Assembly (NCBI GenBank): GCA_031409275.1
Contig: JANNXA010000005.1
Coordinates: 1 to 51,317, forward strand
Origin: Planctomycetota bacterium
GTDB lineage: Bacteria > Planctomycetota > B15-G4 > SIAN01
Length of the DNA stretch: 51,317 bases
Direction: 5' to 3'
The notes under the pieces were generated by a model, which was given only the letters and a program-made list of their open reading frames with translations, was not told the DNA's origin and searched no databases. The position numbers and the translations under genes are program-made. Shown here piece by piece: positions 35,306-45,409 of this stretch; position 1 is the stretch's first letter, and each line of letters starts with the position of its first letter.

Positions 35306-36579
35306 CGGACGCGGGGGCGGACACGGCTGCGGCGAGCGCCGCCGATCTCGTCGTCTGCGGCGCGGGACCGGCTGGCCTCGCGGCGGCGATCGCGGCGGCG
35401 CAGCTCGGGCGACGCGTGGTGCTGCTCGATCAGGCGACGCGGCCGGGCGTGAAGATCCTCATCAGCGGCGGCAACCGCTGCAACCTCACCCACGACTGCG
35501 ACGCGGCCGCCATCGCGGCGGCCTTCGGGCGCGCCGGCAGCCGCTTCCTCGGTCATGCGCTGCGCGAACGCGGGCCGCGCGAGCTCAAGCGCTGGATCGA
35601 GTCGCTCGGAGTCGCCACCAAGGTCGAGCCCGGCGGCAAGGTCTTCCCCGTCTCGAACCGCGCCGTCGATGTGCGCGACGCGCTGGAGCAAGAGGTCGCG
35701 CGCGTCGGCGTGCGCTTCGTTGGCGGTGCGTCGATCGCGTCGATCGAGCGGTGCGACGCGGGATTCACGGTGGCCACGGCGCGTGGCCTCTTCGGCGCAC
35801 CGCGCCTCGTGCTGACGCTCGGTGGGCGGAGCTATCCGAAGGTCGGAACGAAGGGCGACGGCTACCGCTTCGCGGCGTCGCTCGGCCACACGATCGTCGC
35901 GACGACGCCGGCGCTCGTCCCGCTGGTGGCCACGTCGAACTGGGTGCGCGAGCTGTCGGGTGTCACGCTGCCCGACGTCGTGTTGTCGTTGCCGGCTGCC
36001 GACGCGCGCCGCGAGCCGCCGCAGCGCGGCGCACTGCTCTTCACCCACTTCGGCCTCTCGGGGCCCGCGCCGATGAATGTCGGCGGCGCGGTGGCGCGCG
36101 AGCTCGGCGCCGGCGCTTCGAGCGTGCCGCTGCAGATCGACTTCCTGCCGACTCACGAGCGCGCCGCGCTCGACGCACGCTTCGCGCAGGCCACCGTGGC
36201 CGGTGACGCCCGACTCGTGCGCACCGTCGTCGGTGAGCTGCTACCGAGACGCGTCGCCGAAGCGCTGACGCTGCAGGCGGGAATCGCGGCGACGACCGCG
36301 ATGCGGCAGCTCGGCGCGGCGGCGCGAGCGCGACTTCTGGATGCGCTGTTCGCCATGAAGCTCGCACTGGTCGGCACCCGCGGTTTCGACTTCGCCGAAG
36401 TGACGCGCGGCGGCGTCGCGCTGGCCGAAGTCGATCCCGCCACGCTGCAGTCGCGCGTGGTGCCCGGCCTCTACCTCGCCGGCGAGCTGCTCGACGTCGA
36501 CGGTCCGATCGGCGGCTACAACTTCACCGCCGCTTTCGCGACCGGCGCGCTGGCGGGTCGGAGCGCGGCGCAGCAGTAG
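35302..36579 (+). CDS. HI0933/YhiN (BaiN-like) family flavoprotein
   Basis: GAGPAG, KILISGGNRCNLT, GKVFP, GGRSYP..GT.GDG, LFTHFGLSGP, VTRGGV, GELLDVDGPIGGYN. GTGA overlap with rlmD. Confidence 0.92.
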   Translation: MTDAGADTAAASAADLVVCGAGPAGLAAAIAAAQLGRRVVLLDQATRPGVKILISGGNRCNLTHDCDAAAIAAAFGRAGSRFLGHALRERGPRELKRWIESLGVATKVEPGGKVFPVSNRAVDVRDALEQEVARVGVRFVGGASIASIERCDAGFTVATARGLFGAPRLVLTLGGRSYPKVGTKGDGYRFAASLGHTIVATTPALVPLVATSNWVRELSGVTLPDVVLSLPAADARREPPQRGALLFTHFGLSGPAPMNVGGAVARELGAGASSVPLQIDFLPTHERAALDARFAQATVAGDARLVRTVVGELLPRRVAEALTLQAGIAATTAMRQLGAAARARLLDALFAMKLALVGTRGFDFAEVTRGGVALAEVDPATLQSRVVPGLYLAGELLDVDGPIGGYNFTAAFATGALAGRSAAQQ

Positions 36580-36597
36580 CGACGAGGCCGAGTTTCG

Positions 36598-37776
36598 ATG
36601 CGTTGCCCGAAGTGCCAGGAGCCGCTCGCGCGCACGCGCCATCCGGGCGACGTGCAGTGGGCGTGCGTGCACTGCGGCGGCCGGCTCGCCGGACGCTCCG
36701 CGCTCGACCTGCGCCTCGATGCCGAAGCGTCGGCGAGCTTCATGCTGGCTCGTCGCAGCGGCGTGATCGCGGGGCGCCGTTGCCCGAGCTGCCGCCATTC
36801 GCTGCTGCGGATGCCGCTCGAGCTGCGCGAGACGCGCTTCCACGTCGAGGAGTGCGAGCGCTGCCGTCTCCTCTGGTTCGATCGCGGCGAGTTCGAACAG
36901 CTGCCACTCGAAGGTTCGGCGGCGCCGAATTTGGGACCGCCGGTCGTAGCGTTCGGCGAACGCATCGCGCTCTCGATCGGGCTGCCGCTGCTGCCGGACG
37001 AGGAGTTCCTCCGCGCACCGGCGTGTGTCACGGTCGCGCTTGGCGCGACCTTCGTGATCGCAGCGCCGCTTGCGGCACTGCTTCACGAGTTGCGCGAGTG
37101 GTTGTTGGCGCCGACCGTGGCGCCGTGGCGCGAGCTGCTCGATGCGCCGTCGTTGCTGCTCCCGCCCTCGCTCTTCGAGGGGCTGCTCTGCCTCTGGTTC
37201 CTGCTGGTGTTCGGCGGCGCGCTCGAGCGGCGCATCGGGTCGCTGCGCTTCGGCGCACTGCTGCTGGCGGCCAACGGGGTCGGCCGCGGATGGCAGGCGG
37301 CGCTGCAGCCGGCCGGCAGCGTGGTCGCGCCCGGTCTCGCGGCGGCCGGCAGCGGAATCCTGGCCGCGCTGGCTTTCATCGCTCCGTGGGAACGGCTGCT
37401 GCTGCAGCCATTCGGGGTCGGCCGCTGGAGGTGGTTCGCGAAGCTGCCAGTCGAGCTCGCGCTCTACGTCGGACAGCGCAGCGTCGGGTTCTTCGCGTCG
37501 ATCTTCGACGAACTCTTCTACGGTTCGTTCGACGGTTGGCGCGAGGAGCGGTTCGACCGCGACGAGCGGGCGCGAGAGCCGTGGCAGCTCTCCGCGCTCT
37601 TCGCGCTGCCGATCGCTTGGGCACTCCAGTTCGTGCTGATGCTGTTGGACGACTTCGGCTGGCCGGAGCTGGCCGAGCGGCCGCCGGCACCGTGGCTCCA
37701 TCTCGGCGGGGCGCTGGTCGGTCTCCTGTTCGGCCTCGGGTGGCGCTTCGTCGAATCGCATCGGAGCAGGTCGTAG
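36598..37776 (+). CDS. Double zinc-ribbon + rhomboid-like membrane protein (degenerate motifs)
   Basis: CPKC..CVHC and CPSC..CERC ribbons with WFDRGE; FG.ALERRIG..RF; AAGSG; HLGGALVG. Confidence 0.75.
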   Translation: MRCPKCQEPLARTRHPGDVQWACVHCGGRLAGRSALDLRLDAEASASFMLARRSGVIAGRRCPSCRHSLLRMPLELRETRFHVEECERCRLLWFDRGEFEQLPLEGSAAPNLGPPVVAFGERIALSIGLPLLPDEEFLRAPACVTVALGATFVIAAPLAALLHELREWLLAPTVAPWRELLDAPSLLLPPSLFEGLLCLWFLLVFGGALERRIGSLRFGALLLAANGVGRGWQAALQPAGSVVAPGLAAAGSGILAALAFIAPWERLLLQPFGVGRWRWFAKLPVELALYVGQRSVGFFASIFDELFYGSFDGWREERFDRDERAREPWQLSALFALPIAWALQFVLMLLDDFGWPELAERPPAPWLHLGGALVGLLFGLGWRFVESHRSRS

Positions 37777-37926
37777 TCGCGCTCCTCGCGAACCTCGCAT
37801 TGGCCGCGCTCGTGCGACCGTCACCGAGTGCGATCGATCAGCGCGAGTGGGTGGGGGGTGAGGCGACGAGGCGCTTCACGGCACAATGGCGCGCTCGTTC
37901 CAATCGAAACGCGGAGCCCGTCTGCC

Positions 37927-39003
37927 ATGAAGCTCAACCGTCGCGACTTCCTCGCTCGCACCTCCGTCGGTCTGGCGAGCAGTGCCTTGCTGGCCAGCGG
38001 TGCGACGATCGGCTGCTCGACCAACGGCGCCCGCAGCGCGGCGGCGATCGGCACCGGTGCCGGCGCGGCCGGACCGCTGGTGGTTTCGACGTGGCCGTTC
38101 GGGCAGCTCGCCAACGATGTTGCGCTGGCCGTGCTGCAGCGGGGCGGGTCGCTGCTCGATGCGGTGGAGCAGGGGATCGGCTTCACCGAAGCATCGGGCA
38201 ACCAGTCGGTCGGGTTGACCGGCACCCCCGACGCGGCGGGGGTGGCGCAGCTCGATGCCTGCATCATGGAAGGGGTCGGGCATCGCGCCGGCAGCGTCGC
38301 GAGCCTCGAGGGGATTCGCCATCCGATCTCGGCCGCGCGCCGCGTCATGGAGAAGACGCCGCATGTGATGTTGGTGGGCGCAGGGGCGCGCCGCTTCGCG
38401 TTGGAGGAGGGGCTCGAGTCGATCGAGGTCGAACCGGAGTCCGCGACGAAGCACGACGCCTGGTGGAAGGCGCGTGCTGCGACGCGCGCGGCTGGCGGCA
38501 CCTCCTCGAGCGGGGCGGCACCGCGTGCGTCGGCGGAGAACCACGACACGATCGCGTTGCTGGTGCTGGGCGCCGATGGCAACGTCGCGGGCGGCTGCTC
38601 GACGAGCGGGCTCGGCGGCAAGATCCCGGGTCGCGTCGGCGACTCGCCGATCCTCGGCAGCGGCCTCTACGTCGACAACGACGTCGGCGCGGCGGGCGCG
38701 ACGGGGCTCGGCGAAAACGTCATGCGCTACTGCGGCAGTTTCCTCGTCGTCGAGCTGATGCGGCAAGGCGCGTCGCCGGTGGAGGCGTGCCTGGAAGTGA
38801 TCCGCCGCATCGCGAAGAAGGACCCGCGCGGCACCGACTTGAGCATCAACTTCATCGCGCTCGACAAGCAGGGGCGCTTCGGCGCCGCCGGTTCCGCCAG
38901 CGGCTTCCAGTACTCCGTCGCGTCGAGTGCCGGCAGCCGCGTGCTCGGCGCGCCCGGAATCAGCGACGCCGCCATCGGTCCTGAGGGCGGCAACCGGAAG
39001 TAA
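37927..39003 (+). CDS. N(4)-(beta-N-acetylglucosaminyl)-L-asparaginase (Ntn hydrolase), Tat-exported
   Basis: LNRRDFL Tat motif; STW, QLDACIM, HDTI autocleavage site, STSG...K.PGRVGDSPI.GSG. Confidence 0.9.
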   Translation: MKLNRRDFLARTSVGLASSALLASGATIGCSTNGARSAAAIGTGAGAAGPLVVSTWPFGQLANDVALAVLQRGGSLLDAVEQGIGFTEASGNQSVGLTGTPDAAGVAQLDACIMEGVGHRAGSVASLEGIRHPISAARRVMEKTPHVMLVGAGARRFALEEGLESIEVEPESATKHDAWWKARAATRAAGGTSSSGAAPRASAENHDTIALLVLGADGNVAGGCSTSGLGGKIPGRVGDSPILGSGLYVDNDVGAAGATGLGENVMRYCGSFLVVELMRQGASPVEACLEVIRRIAKKDPRGTDLSINFIALDKQGRFGAAGSASGFQYSVASSAGSRVLGAPGISDAAIGPEGGNRK

Positions 39004-39012
39004 CCGCGTCGC

Positions 39013-39729
39013 TCAGGTCAGCCGCCCGATCAGCGCGGGCACCGCTTGCTCGACGCGTAGCAGGCGCGGGCCGAGCGAGACGGGGGTGAAGCCGTGGCGC
39101 ACGAAGAGGTCGACCTCTTCGGCGAGGAAGCCCCCTTCAGGGCCAAGCGCCAGCGTGATCGGCCCCTCCACGTGGCGGGGGCAGGGTTGCGTTGCGGTGG
39201 GGTGGGCGATCAGTCGGGTGTGCGTCAGCGTGAGCGTGTCGAGCCGCTCTTTCGTGAACGGCACCAGCAGCCGCTCGAGGTCGACCCGCGGCAGCAGGGT
39301 GTCGCCGCCCTGTTCGAGACCGAGGCGCAATTGCTCCTGAAGCGCCGCGGGCGCGAGGGCCGGACTCTTCCAGTAGCTCTTGTCGACACGCCAGGAGTTC
39401 ATCAGCACGAGGTGCGGCAGCCCCAGCGTCGCTGCCATCTGCAGCACACGGCGCAACGTCTTGGGCCGTGGCAGCGCGAGCAGCAGGGTCAGCTCGAGCT
39501 TCGGCGGCGGCGGTTCGTCCAGCGTGACGCGCAGTCGCGCCACTTCATCGTCGATCGACTCGACCACGCCGTGGCCGACCTTGCCGTTGATCCGACCGAC
39601 GCGCAGCGTGCGCCCGACTAGAGCGCGGTGGACCGTGCGGAGATGGGTGAGCCGCCGCCCTCGCAACTCGACGACGCCGGCCGCGATGGAGTCGACGAAA
39701 TCGGCCTCTTCCAACAGCACGAGGTTCAT
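39013..39729 (-). CDS. rsmE: 16S rRNA (uracil1498-N3)-methyltransferase
   Basis: LALPRPK, GLEQG.DT.LP, LGPEGGF, LGPRLLRVEQA (SPOUT motifs). Confidence 0.9.
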   Translation of the reverse strand: MNLVLLEEADFVDSIAAGVVELRGRRLTHLRTVHRALVGRTLRVGRINGKVGHGVVESIDDEVARLRVTLDEPPPPKLELTLLLALPRPKTLRRVLQMAATLGLPHLVLMNSWRVDKSYWKSPALAPAALQEQLRLGLEQGGDTLLPRVDLERLLVPFTKERLDTLTLTHTRLIAHPTATQPCPRHVEGPITLALGPEGGFLAEEVDLFVRHGFTPVSLGPRLLRVEQAVPALIGRLT

Positions 39730-40328
39730 CGCGCGCCGACGTGGAGCTGGAGCGAAGTGACCACAGGGGGCGTGGTGGCGGCGGTGGCGGCTTGATCGCC
39801 GCTCGGCAGGATCAGTTGCATCAGGCGTCCATACTCGGTGTCCGGCAGCGATTCGCCGCGCGCGGTCGTTTCGGTGCCGCTCAAGCTGCCGCCGAGCCCG
39901 CGCACGAGTGGCGGCAGCGTGTTGCTGTGGCCCGCCACCACCGCGACCGCGCCGGGTGGCAATGCCTTCAACGCGGCAATCAACGCCGCCGGGTCACCCG
40001 CGTTCACCAAGGTCACCGTCTTGCCGGTGCGCGCGGCGAGCGGTGCCAGGGTCTTCTGCGTGCGCTCGAACTCGCTGGCGAAGAGATGGGTGATGCCGGC
40101 ATCGGCGAGCAGGTCCGCCAGCGCATTCGCGCGCGCCACGCCAGCCTCGGAGAGAGCCGGGTCCTTCGGCGGAGCGGGCGCCTTCTCGCCATGTCGCACC
40201 AGGAAGACGATGCGCGGTGCGCTCGGCCCGGCGCGAGGCGCGGGCGCGGCGGCGAAGAGCGTCACCATCACGGCGAGCGGCAAGAGCGTCCATGCGGTGC
40301 GCTGCGAGAAGAGAGTTCCAGGCGGCAT
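39726..40328 (-). CDS. Exported histidine phosphatase (SixA/phosphoglycerate mutase-like)
   Basis: LVRHGEK, LSEAG..RA, S...RTQ.T, VAGHSNT; N-terminal hydrophobic signal. Start is uncertain (40328-40370). Confidence 0.82.
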   Translation of the reverse strand: MPPGTLFSQRTAWTLLPLAVMVTLFAAAPAPRAGPSAPRIVFLVRHGEKAPAPPKDPALSEAGVARANALADLLADAGITHLFASEFERTQKTLAPLAARTGKTVTLVNAGDPAALIAALKALPPGAVAVVAGHSNTLPPLVRGLGGSLSGTETTARGESLPDTEYGRLMQLILPSGDQAATAATTPPVVTSLQLHVGAR

Positions 40329-40438
40329 TCGAGTCTCCACGGTGCGCGAGGCGCGCGACGGGCACAGCATTGCTGGATTGTGGGTGCAGGGCTAGAACGC
40401 GGCGTCGCTTCGATTTCATCGCACCGAGGACGTCCCTC

Positions 40439-43375
40439 ATGCACGTCTCGACCGGATTGCTCGTCGTCGCATTCGCGGCGACCGCCGCCGCTCAAGGGGG
40501 GGCTGCCCCTTCGTTCCACCTCATCGGCGGCGCTGGCGATCGCATCGCCACCCACGAAGCGGGGGACACCTTGACCGTCGAGGTCGAGGGGCTCGCGCCC
40601 AAGGCGGCGTACGACCTCCTCCTGCTCGACGACACGGGCGCGCGGTTGGGCTTCGCGCGCGCGGCGGCGAACCTCGACGGAGTGGTCGGGCCCGAAGTGC
40701 TGTGGTGGGAGTCGGGCGTCACCGGACTCGATCCGGACGGTCGCGGCAACGGCGGCGATGGCTTCCTCGATTTCGCTGCGGCCGAGCAGTTCCTCGCCGC
40801 CCACGCGCTCAAAGTCGAAGTGCGCCTGGCCGACCCATTGGCGTTCGGAAGTGGCCGGCTGGTGACGGACTGGGCCGTGCCGGTCCTCGCGCCGCGCCAG
40901 TCGCCGCTGCTCTGGTTCAGCGACGGCGGTTCGAACTACCGCACCAGCTTCGAAGCGGGACTCGAAGCGATCTTCGTCAGCGGCCAGGGGCTGCCGGCCG
41001 GTGCCATCGTCGACGTCTACCTCGTGCCGGACCGCGCCGATTGGAACGTGGGCGATCCGCTGCAGGACACCACGGGTTTCAACGGTCAGCCGTTCAAGGA
41101 GCGCGTCTACCTCGCGCCCGGATCGACGACCTTCAGCGCGCCGGTGTGGCCGGCCGTCTTCCAGCGACCCGGCAGTTTCGACGTCGTCGTGCGCGTCAAC
41201 GACACCAGCAGCAGCAGCCAGCCGCAGTTCCGCGCCGGCGACCTCCTGGCCCACGGATTCGAGAGCGGTCTCGTCATCGAGCCGCCTCCGCCAGCGGTCA
41301 GCGCGGCCGGCCTCAGTGATCTCGAAGTGTCGCTCAGCGGCCGGCGGACGACGGGCAACCGCTTCCCCAACTTCCGCCGCCAGAACGTCTTCATCCGCCA
41401 CAACCTCGTGGCGATCAACCTCGACCCGAGCGACATCCCGGCCAACCACCCCAAACCGAAGATCGCGGCGATCTACGTGGTTCCGGCGCGCAACAAGGCG
41501 CAGTGGAGCGCGCATCCGCGCTTGACCGACGTCACGGAAGCGGTCGAGCTGCGTGGCGTGAAGCCGGGCACGGTCGCGCTGGGCATCATCAACGCCTGGA
41601 TCGATCCCGATCCGAGCGGCGACGGTGACCGCTTCGACGTCGTCCTCGACTTCCGCGACGACCTGAACGCGAATCCGCCGAGCTCAGGCGTGCCGGGCTC
41701 ACCGCCGCCAGGCAGCTCGAGCGGCGCGATCTTGAACGGGCTCTACGACCCCGGGGTCGATGCCATCGATGAACTCGACGGCGACGGCCTCACCATCATC
41801 AGCGATCCGGCGGTGACCGGCCCGTATCTGGTCGGCCGCACCGACTACGACTTCATCGATGCCTACGACATCCCGTGGGGGCAGTACCAGGACCAGAACG
41901 TCGACGTCCGCGCCGTCGTGGCCTATCCGGCGCAGAGCGCCGGTTCCAACACGCCGGTCTTCGGCACCAACGAGCGCTTCCCGGTCATCGTGATCCTGCA
42001 CGGCAACCACAGCGTCTGCCTGAACGGCGGTTGCACCTGCGGCGCCGGCAACCGCATTCCCAACCACAAGGGCTACGACTACCTGCTCGACCTGTGGGCG
42101 AGCCACGGGTTCATCGCCATCTCGGTCGACGGCTACGACATCACGGGCTGCGGGACCGATCGTTTCATCGAGCGCGGCGCATTGATGCTCGAGCATCTGC
42201 GTTACTGGACCGATTGGGACAACCCCGCGGTGCCCGACACCACCTTTGCGGGCCGTTTCTTCAACCGCCTCGATCTGAGCCACGTCGGCTTCGCGGGCCA
42301 TTCGCGCGGCGGCGAAGGGGTGGCGGCGGCAGTGCAGTTGAACCAGGACCTCGCGCTCGGATACCACATCACGTCCGCCGTGCTGATCGCTCCGACCGAT
42401 TACAACTGGAGCACGCCGCCGGGCGGCGGCCCGGTCGTCTTCGTCCTCGAGGACACGCCGACCTTCAACATCATGGGGTCGAGCGACGGCGACGTGATCG
42501 ACAACGACGGCGCGCAGCTCTTCGATCGCGCGTCGCCGGCCGGCCGCAAGGCCGACAAGTCGCAGGCCTTCATCTACGGCGCTGACCACAACAGCTGGAA
42601 CACGATCTGGATCGATCCGGCATGGAACGGCGGCTCGGACGGTGTCGGCAGCGGGCGCATCACGGCACAGCAGCAGCAGGACACCGGCCGAGTCTTCATC
42701 ACCTCGTGGTGGATGGCCTGGCTGCAAGGGCGCAGCGAGATGCTGGCGTTCCACCGCGACGTGGTGCAGTCGTCGCTGATGGCGGGCGTCGACACGCACT
42801 GGTCGTACGAGTCGAAGGACTCCGTCGACGTCGATGACTTCGAGCAGACGCCGGTCAACAAGCTGCAGAACTCGCTCGGCGGCGCCGTGTCGGCCACGCC
42901 GACGCCGGCCACGTTCCAGGAGAGCGGCTTCCGTCCCGGCAACTACGACGGGAGCTTCCGCCATGACACCAGCGGACTGATCCTCGGCTGGAGCGCGGCG
43001 ACGACCTACGAGTCGGCCATCCCGGCCGCCTGGCAGGACGTGTCGGCCTACAGCCACGTCGCCTTCCGCGTCGCGCAGATCTGGGACAGCAAGGTCCTGA
43101 ACCCCGGCGGCTCGCAGTTCGTGAAGGTGCAGATCGAGGACGCCGCCGGCCATCAGCAGAGCGTCTCCGTCGATACGCGTGCCTTTGCCACGATCCCGGT
43201 CGGCTACTCCCATCCATGGACCGGGCGCAAGTCGATGTTGAAGTCGGTCCGCATCCCGCTGCGCTCGTTCACGCAGGACAACTCGCTGGTCGACCTCACC
43301 CAGATCACCAAGATCGTGGTGAGCTGCGAGTCGACCGGGTTGCTCGCGTTCGACGACGTGCAGTTCACGAAGTGA
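40439..43375 (+). CDS. Large secreted multidomain alpha/beta-hydrolase
   Basis: GAGGA SD; signal peptide; LHGNH, GYDYL...WASHG, GHSRGGEG nucleophile elbow, DGDV, GADHN; C-terminal CBM-like 'IPLRSF...DLTQIT...FDDVQF'. Confidence 0.8.
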   Translation: MHVSTGLLVVAFAATAAAQGGAAPSFHLIGGAGDRIATHEAGDTLTVEVEGLAPKAAYDLLLLDDTGARLGFARAAANLDGVVGPEVLWWESGVTGLDPDGRGNGGDGFLDFAAAEQFLAAHALKVEVRLADPLAFGSGRLVTDWAVPVLAPRQSPLLWFSDGGSNYRTSFEAGLEAIFVSGQGLPAGAIVDVYLVPDRADWNVGDPLQDTTGFNGQPFKERVYLAPGSTTFSAPVWPAVFQRPGSFDVVVRVNDTSSSSQPQFRAGDLLAHGFESGLVIEPPPPAVSAAGLSDLEVSLSGRRTTGNRFPNFRRQNVFIRHNLVAINLDPSDIPANHPKPKIAAIYVVPARNKAQWSAHPRLTDVTEAVELRGVKPGTVALGIINAWIDPDPSGDGDRFDVVLDFRDDLNANPPSSGVPGSPPPGSSSGAILNGLYDPGVDAIDELDGDGLTIISDPAVTGPYLVGRTDYDFIDAYDIPWGQYQDQNVDVRAVVAYPAQSAGSNTPVFGTNERFPVIVILHGNHSVCLNGGCTCGAGNRIPNHKGYDYLLDLWASHGFIAISVDGYDITGCGTDRFIERGALMLEHLRYWTDWDNPAVPDTTFAGRFFNRLDLSHVGFAGHSRGGEGVAAAVQLNQDLALGYHITSAVLIAPTDYNWSTPPGGGPVVFVLEDTPTFNIMGSSDGDVIDNDGAQLFDRASPAGRKADKSQAFIYGADHNSWNTIWIDPAWNGGSDGVGSGRITAQQQQDTGRVFITSWWMAWLQGRSEMLAFHRDVVQSSLMAGVDTHWSYESKDSVDVDDFEQTPVNKLQNSLGGAVSATPTPATFQESGFRPGNYDGSFRHDTSGLILGWSAATTYESAIPAAWQDVSAYSHVAFRVAQIWDSKVLNPGGSQFVKVQIEDAAGHQQSVSVDTRAFATIPVGYSHPWTGRKSMLKSVRIPLRSFTQDNSLVDLTQITKIVVSCESTGLLAFDDVQFTK

Positions 43376-43391
43376 TCAGAGGGCGACTGCG

Positions 43392-44186
43392 ATGAACCTG
43401 AAGAACCTCCGCCTCGCTGCTGCTGCCGCCCTCCTTGTCGCCGCCGCGTCGGCGCAGGAGACGCCGGCTCCGCTGCCGTCGATCGAGTACGGCCGCCTCA
43501 CCATCACCGGTTACGAGCTGCGCGAGGCGCGCTTGAACCCGCCGTTTCGCACGTGGACGGACGGCAAGGAGACGTTGCACCAATACGCCTTCAAGGTGGT
43601 GATCACGGGCAGTCGTTTCCCGATCCGTGCGCTCGACCCGATCCTTTGGATCGGCGATACGCCGGTGCGCAACTACGAGCGAGCCGCCTACGCCGACGGC
43701 GACGCGCTGCTCTTCTGCGTCACCGACCCGGCGTTGCTGCGCGCCGAGCGCGACCTCACCGTGATCTACGGCACCGACGAGCGCACCCGCACTCGCTTGA
43801 TCGAACGGCTCGATCCGGAGCGGCTCGTGAAGCTGCCGGCGGCCGAACGTCTGGCGGCCGGGCTGCCGGAACTCGAGGGAGTCACCCTCACTGCCGTGGG
43901 CGCGGACGGCCGCGTGACCGGTCAGGGACGCATCGATGGCGGACGCATCGCGCTCGCGGCACGGCTCGACGATGGCAAGCTCCAGCCGCTCGTGAAGGAA
44001 ATCACGCTGGATGCGACCGGCAAATTCGCCGTGGCCGTCGGGCCGCTGCCGGCGCGCGCCACCCACGTCGTCGCGCTGCTGGTCCGCGGCGAGATGCCAG
44101 CGGCAGGAGTCGAGCTGGCCGCGCTGCCGAAGGAGGTCGAGGTGCTCGACAGCAAGCCGATCCGGCGCGGGCCGGCCGGTCGCTGA
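43392..44186 (+). CDS. Secreted hypothetical protein
   Basis: Signal peptide ..ASA/QE; GAGGG SD; 16 nt downstream of the hydrolase. Confidence 0.7.
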   Translation: MNLKNLRLAAAAALLVAAASAQETPAPLPSIEYGRLTITGYELREARLNPPFRTWTDGKETLHQYAFKVVITGSRFPIRALDPILWIGDTPVRNYERAAYADGDALLFCVTDPALLRAERDLTVIYGTDERTRTRLIERLDPERLVKLPAAERLAAGLPELEGVTLTAVGADGRVTGQGRIDGGRIALAARLDDGKLQPLVKEITLDATGKFAVAVGPLPARATHVVALLVRGEMPAAGVELAALPKEVEVLDSKPIRRGPAGR

Positions 44187-44262
44187 CGACCTCGCTCGGC
44201 GACGCTCGTCGCTGCGGCAGGAGCGGTCGTTGCGCGCTTCGTCACGAAACGGAGATCGGACC

Positions 44263-45312
44263 TTGGGGGAGAAGAAGAGCGCGCAGTACCTGGAGATCCT
44301 GCCGGGGCTGATGACGGTGCAGCAGCACATCATCGCCAATCAGCGCCGCCACTCGGAGGCGACGGGCGAGTTCTCCTTCCTGCTGTCGGGCATCACGATC
44401 GCGACCAAGGTCCTCGCTTCGAAGGTGCGCAAAGCCGGGCTCGTCGACATCTTCGGCGCCACCGGCGACAAGAACATCCAGGGGGAGACGGTCCAGAAGC
44501 TCGACCGCATCGCCAACGACTTGCTGATGCATTGCATCGGCTATCGCCGCAGCGTCGGCGCGCTGGCCAGTGAAGAGAACGAGTCGGTCGTCGACTTCAC
44601 CGAGACGGGTCGCACCGGCAAGTACTTCGTGCTGTTCGATCCGCTCGACGGCAGCTCGAACATCGACGTCAACATCCCGACCGGGACGATCTTCTCGATC
44701 CTGGTGCGTCCGGAAGCGGGCGACTGGCAGCAGAGCGGTGACGTCCACACCGAGATCCTGCAGCCCGGCTTGAAGCAGGTCGCGGCGGGGTACGTGCTCT
44801 ACAGCTCGGCGACGACGCTGGTCTACACCACCGGCAACGGCGTCCATCAATTCGTGCTCGATCCGGAGATTGGCGCCTACGTGCTGGTGGGCGAGCGGCT
44901 CCAGGTTCCCGAGCGCAAGCGCGTCTACTCGGTGAACGAGGCGAACTCCGGCACCTTCCCGAAGCCGGTGCAGGACTACCTCGCGTGGACCAAGACGCCG
45001 GCGGCTGACTACAGCTCGCGCTACGTCGGCAGCTTCGTGGCCGACTTCCATCGCGTCTTGATGCAGGGTGGGATCTTCCTCTATCCGCCGACGGCCAAGG
45101 CGCCGTCCGGCAAGCTGCGCCTGATGTACGAAGCCAACCCGATGGGCTTCCTCATGGAGCAAGCGGGCGGCGTGGCGGTCGATGGCACGCAGCGCGTCCT
45201 CGAGAAGATGCCGAAGAAGCTGCACGAACGCTCGCCGCTCTACCTCGGCAGCAAGCAGGAGGTGGCGATCCTGCAAGGCTTCCTCGACGGCAAGGGCGCG
45301 CCAAAGGCGTGA
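44263..45312 (+). CDS. fbp: Fructose-1,6-bisphosphatase class I
   Basis: NIQGE.VQKLD, ASEE, FDPLDGSSNIDVN...GTIFSI, YSVNE, RYVGS.VADFHR...GG, GKLRLMYEANP. TTG start with GGAGA upstream; ATG 44310 is an alternative. Confidence 0.93.
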   Translation: MGEKKSAQYLEILPGLMTVQQHIIANQRRHSEATGEFSFLLSGITIATKVLASKVRKAGLVDIFGATGDKNIQGETVQKLDRIANDLLMHCIGYRRSVGALASEENESVVDFTETGRTGKYFVLFDPLDGSSNIDVNIPTGTIFSILVRPEAGDWQQSGDVHTEILQPGLKQVAAGYVLYSSATTLVYTTGNGVHQFVLDPEIGAYVLVGERLQVPERKRVYSVNEANSGTFPKPVQDYLAWTKTPAADYSSRYVGSFVADFHRVLMQGGIFLYPPTAKAPSGKLRLMYEANPMGFLMEQAGGVAVDGTQRVLEKMPKKLHERSPLYLGSKQEVAILQGFLDGKGAPKA

Positions 45313-45409
45313 GCGGGCGCTGCCGCCGATCGGCGCCGCGCGGTCCATCGCCTCGCCGCGCGAGATGGGATTTGGCGCCGCCGCCTCCGATCGACCGGGG
45401 TGCGTCTTG

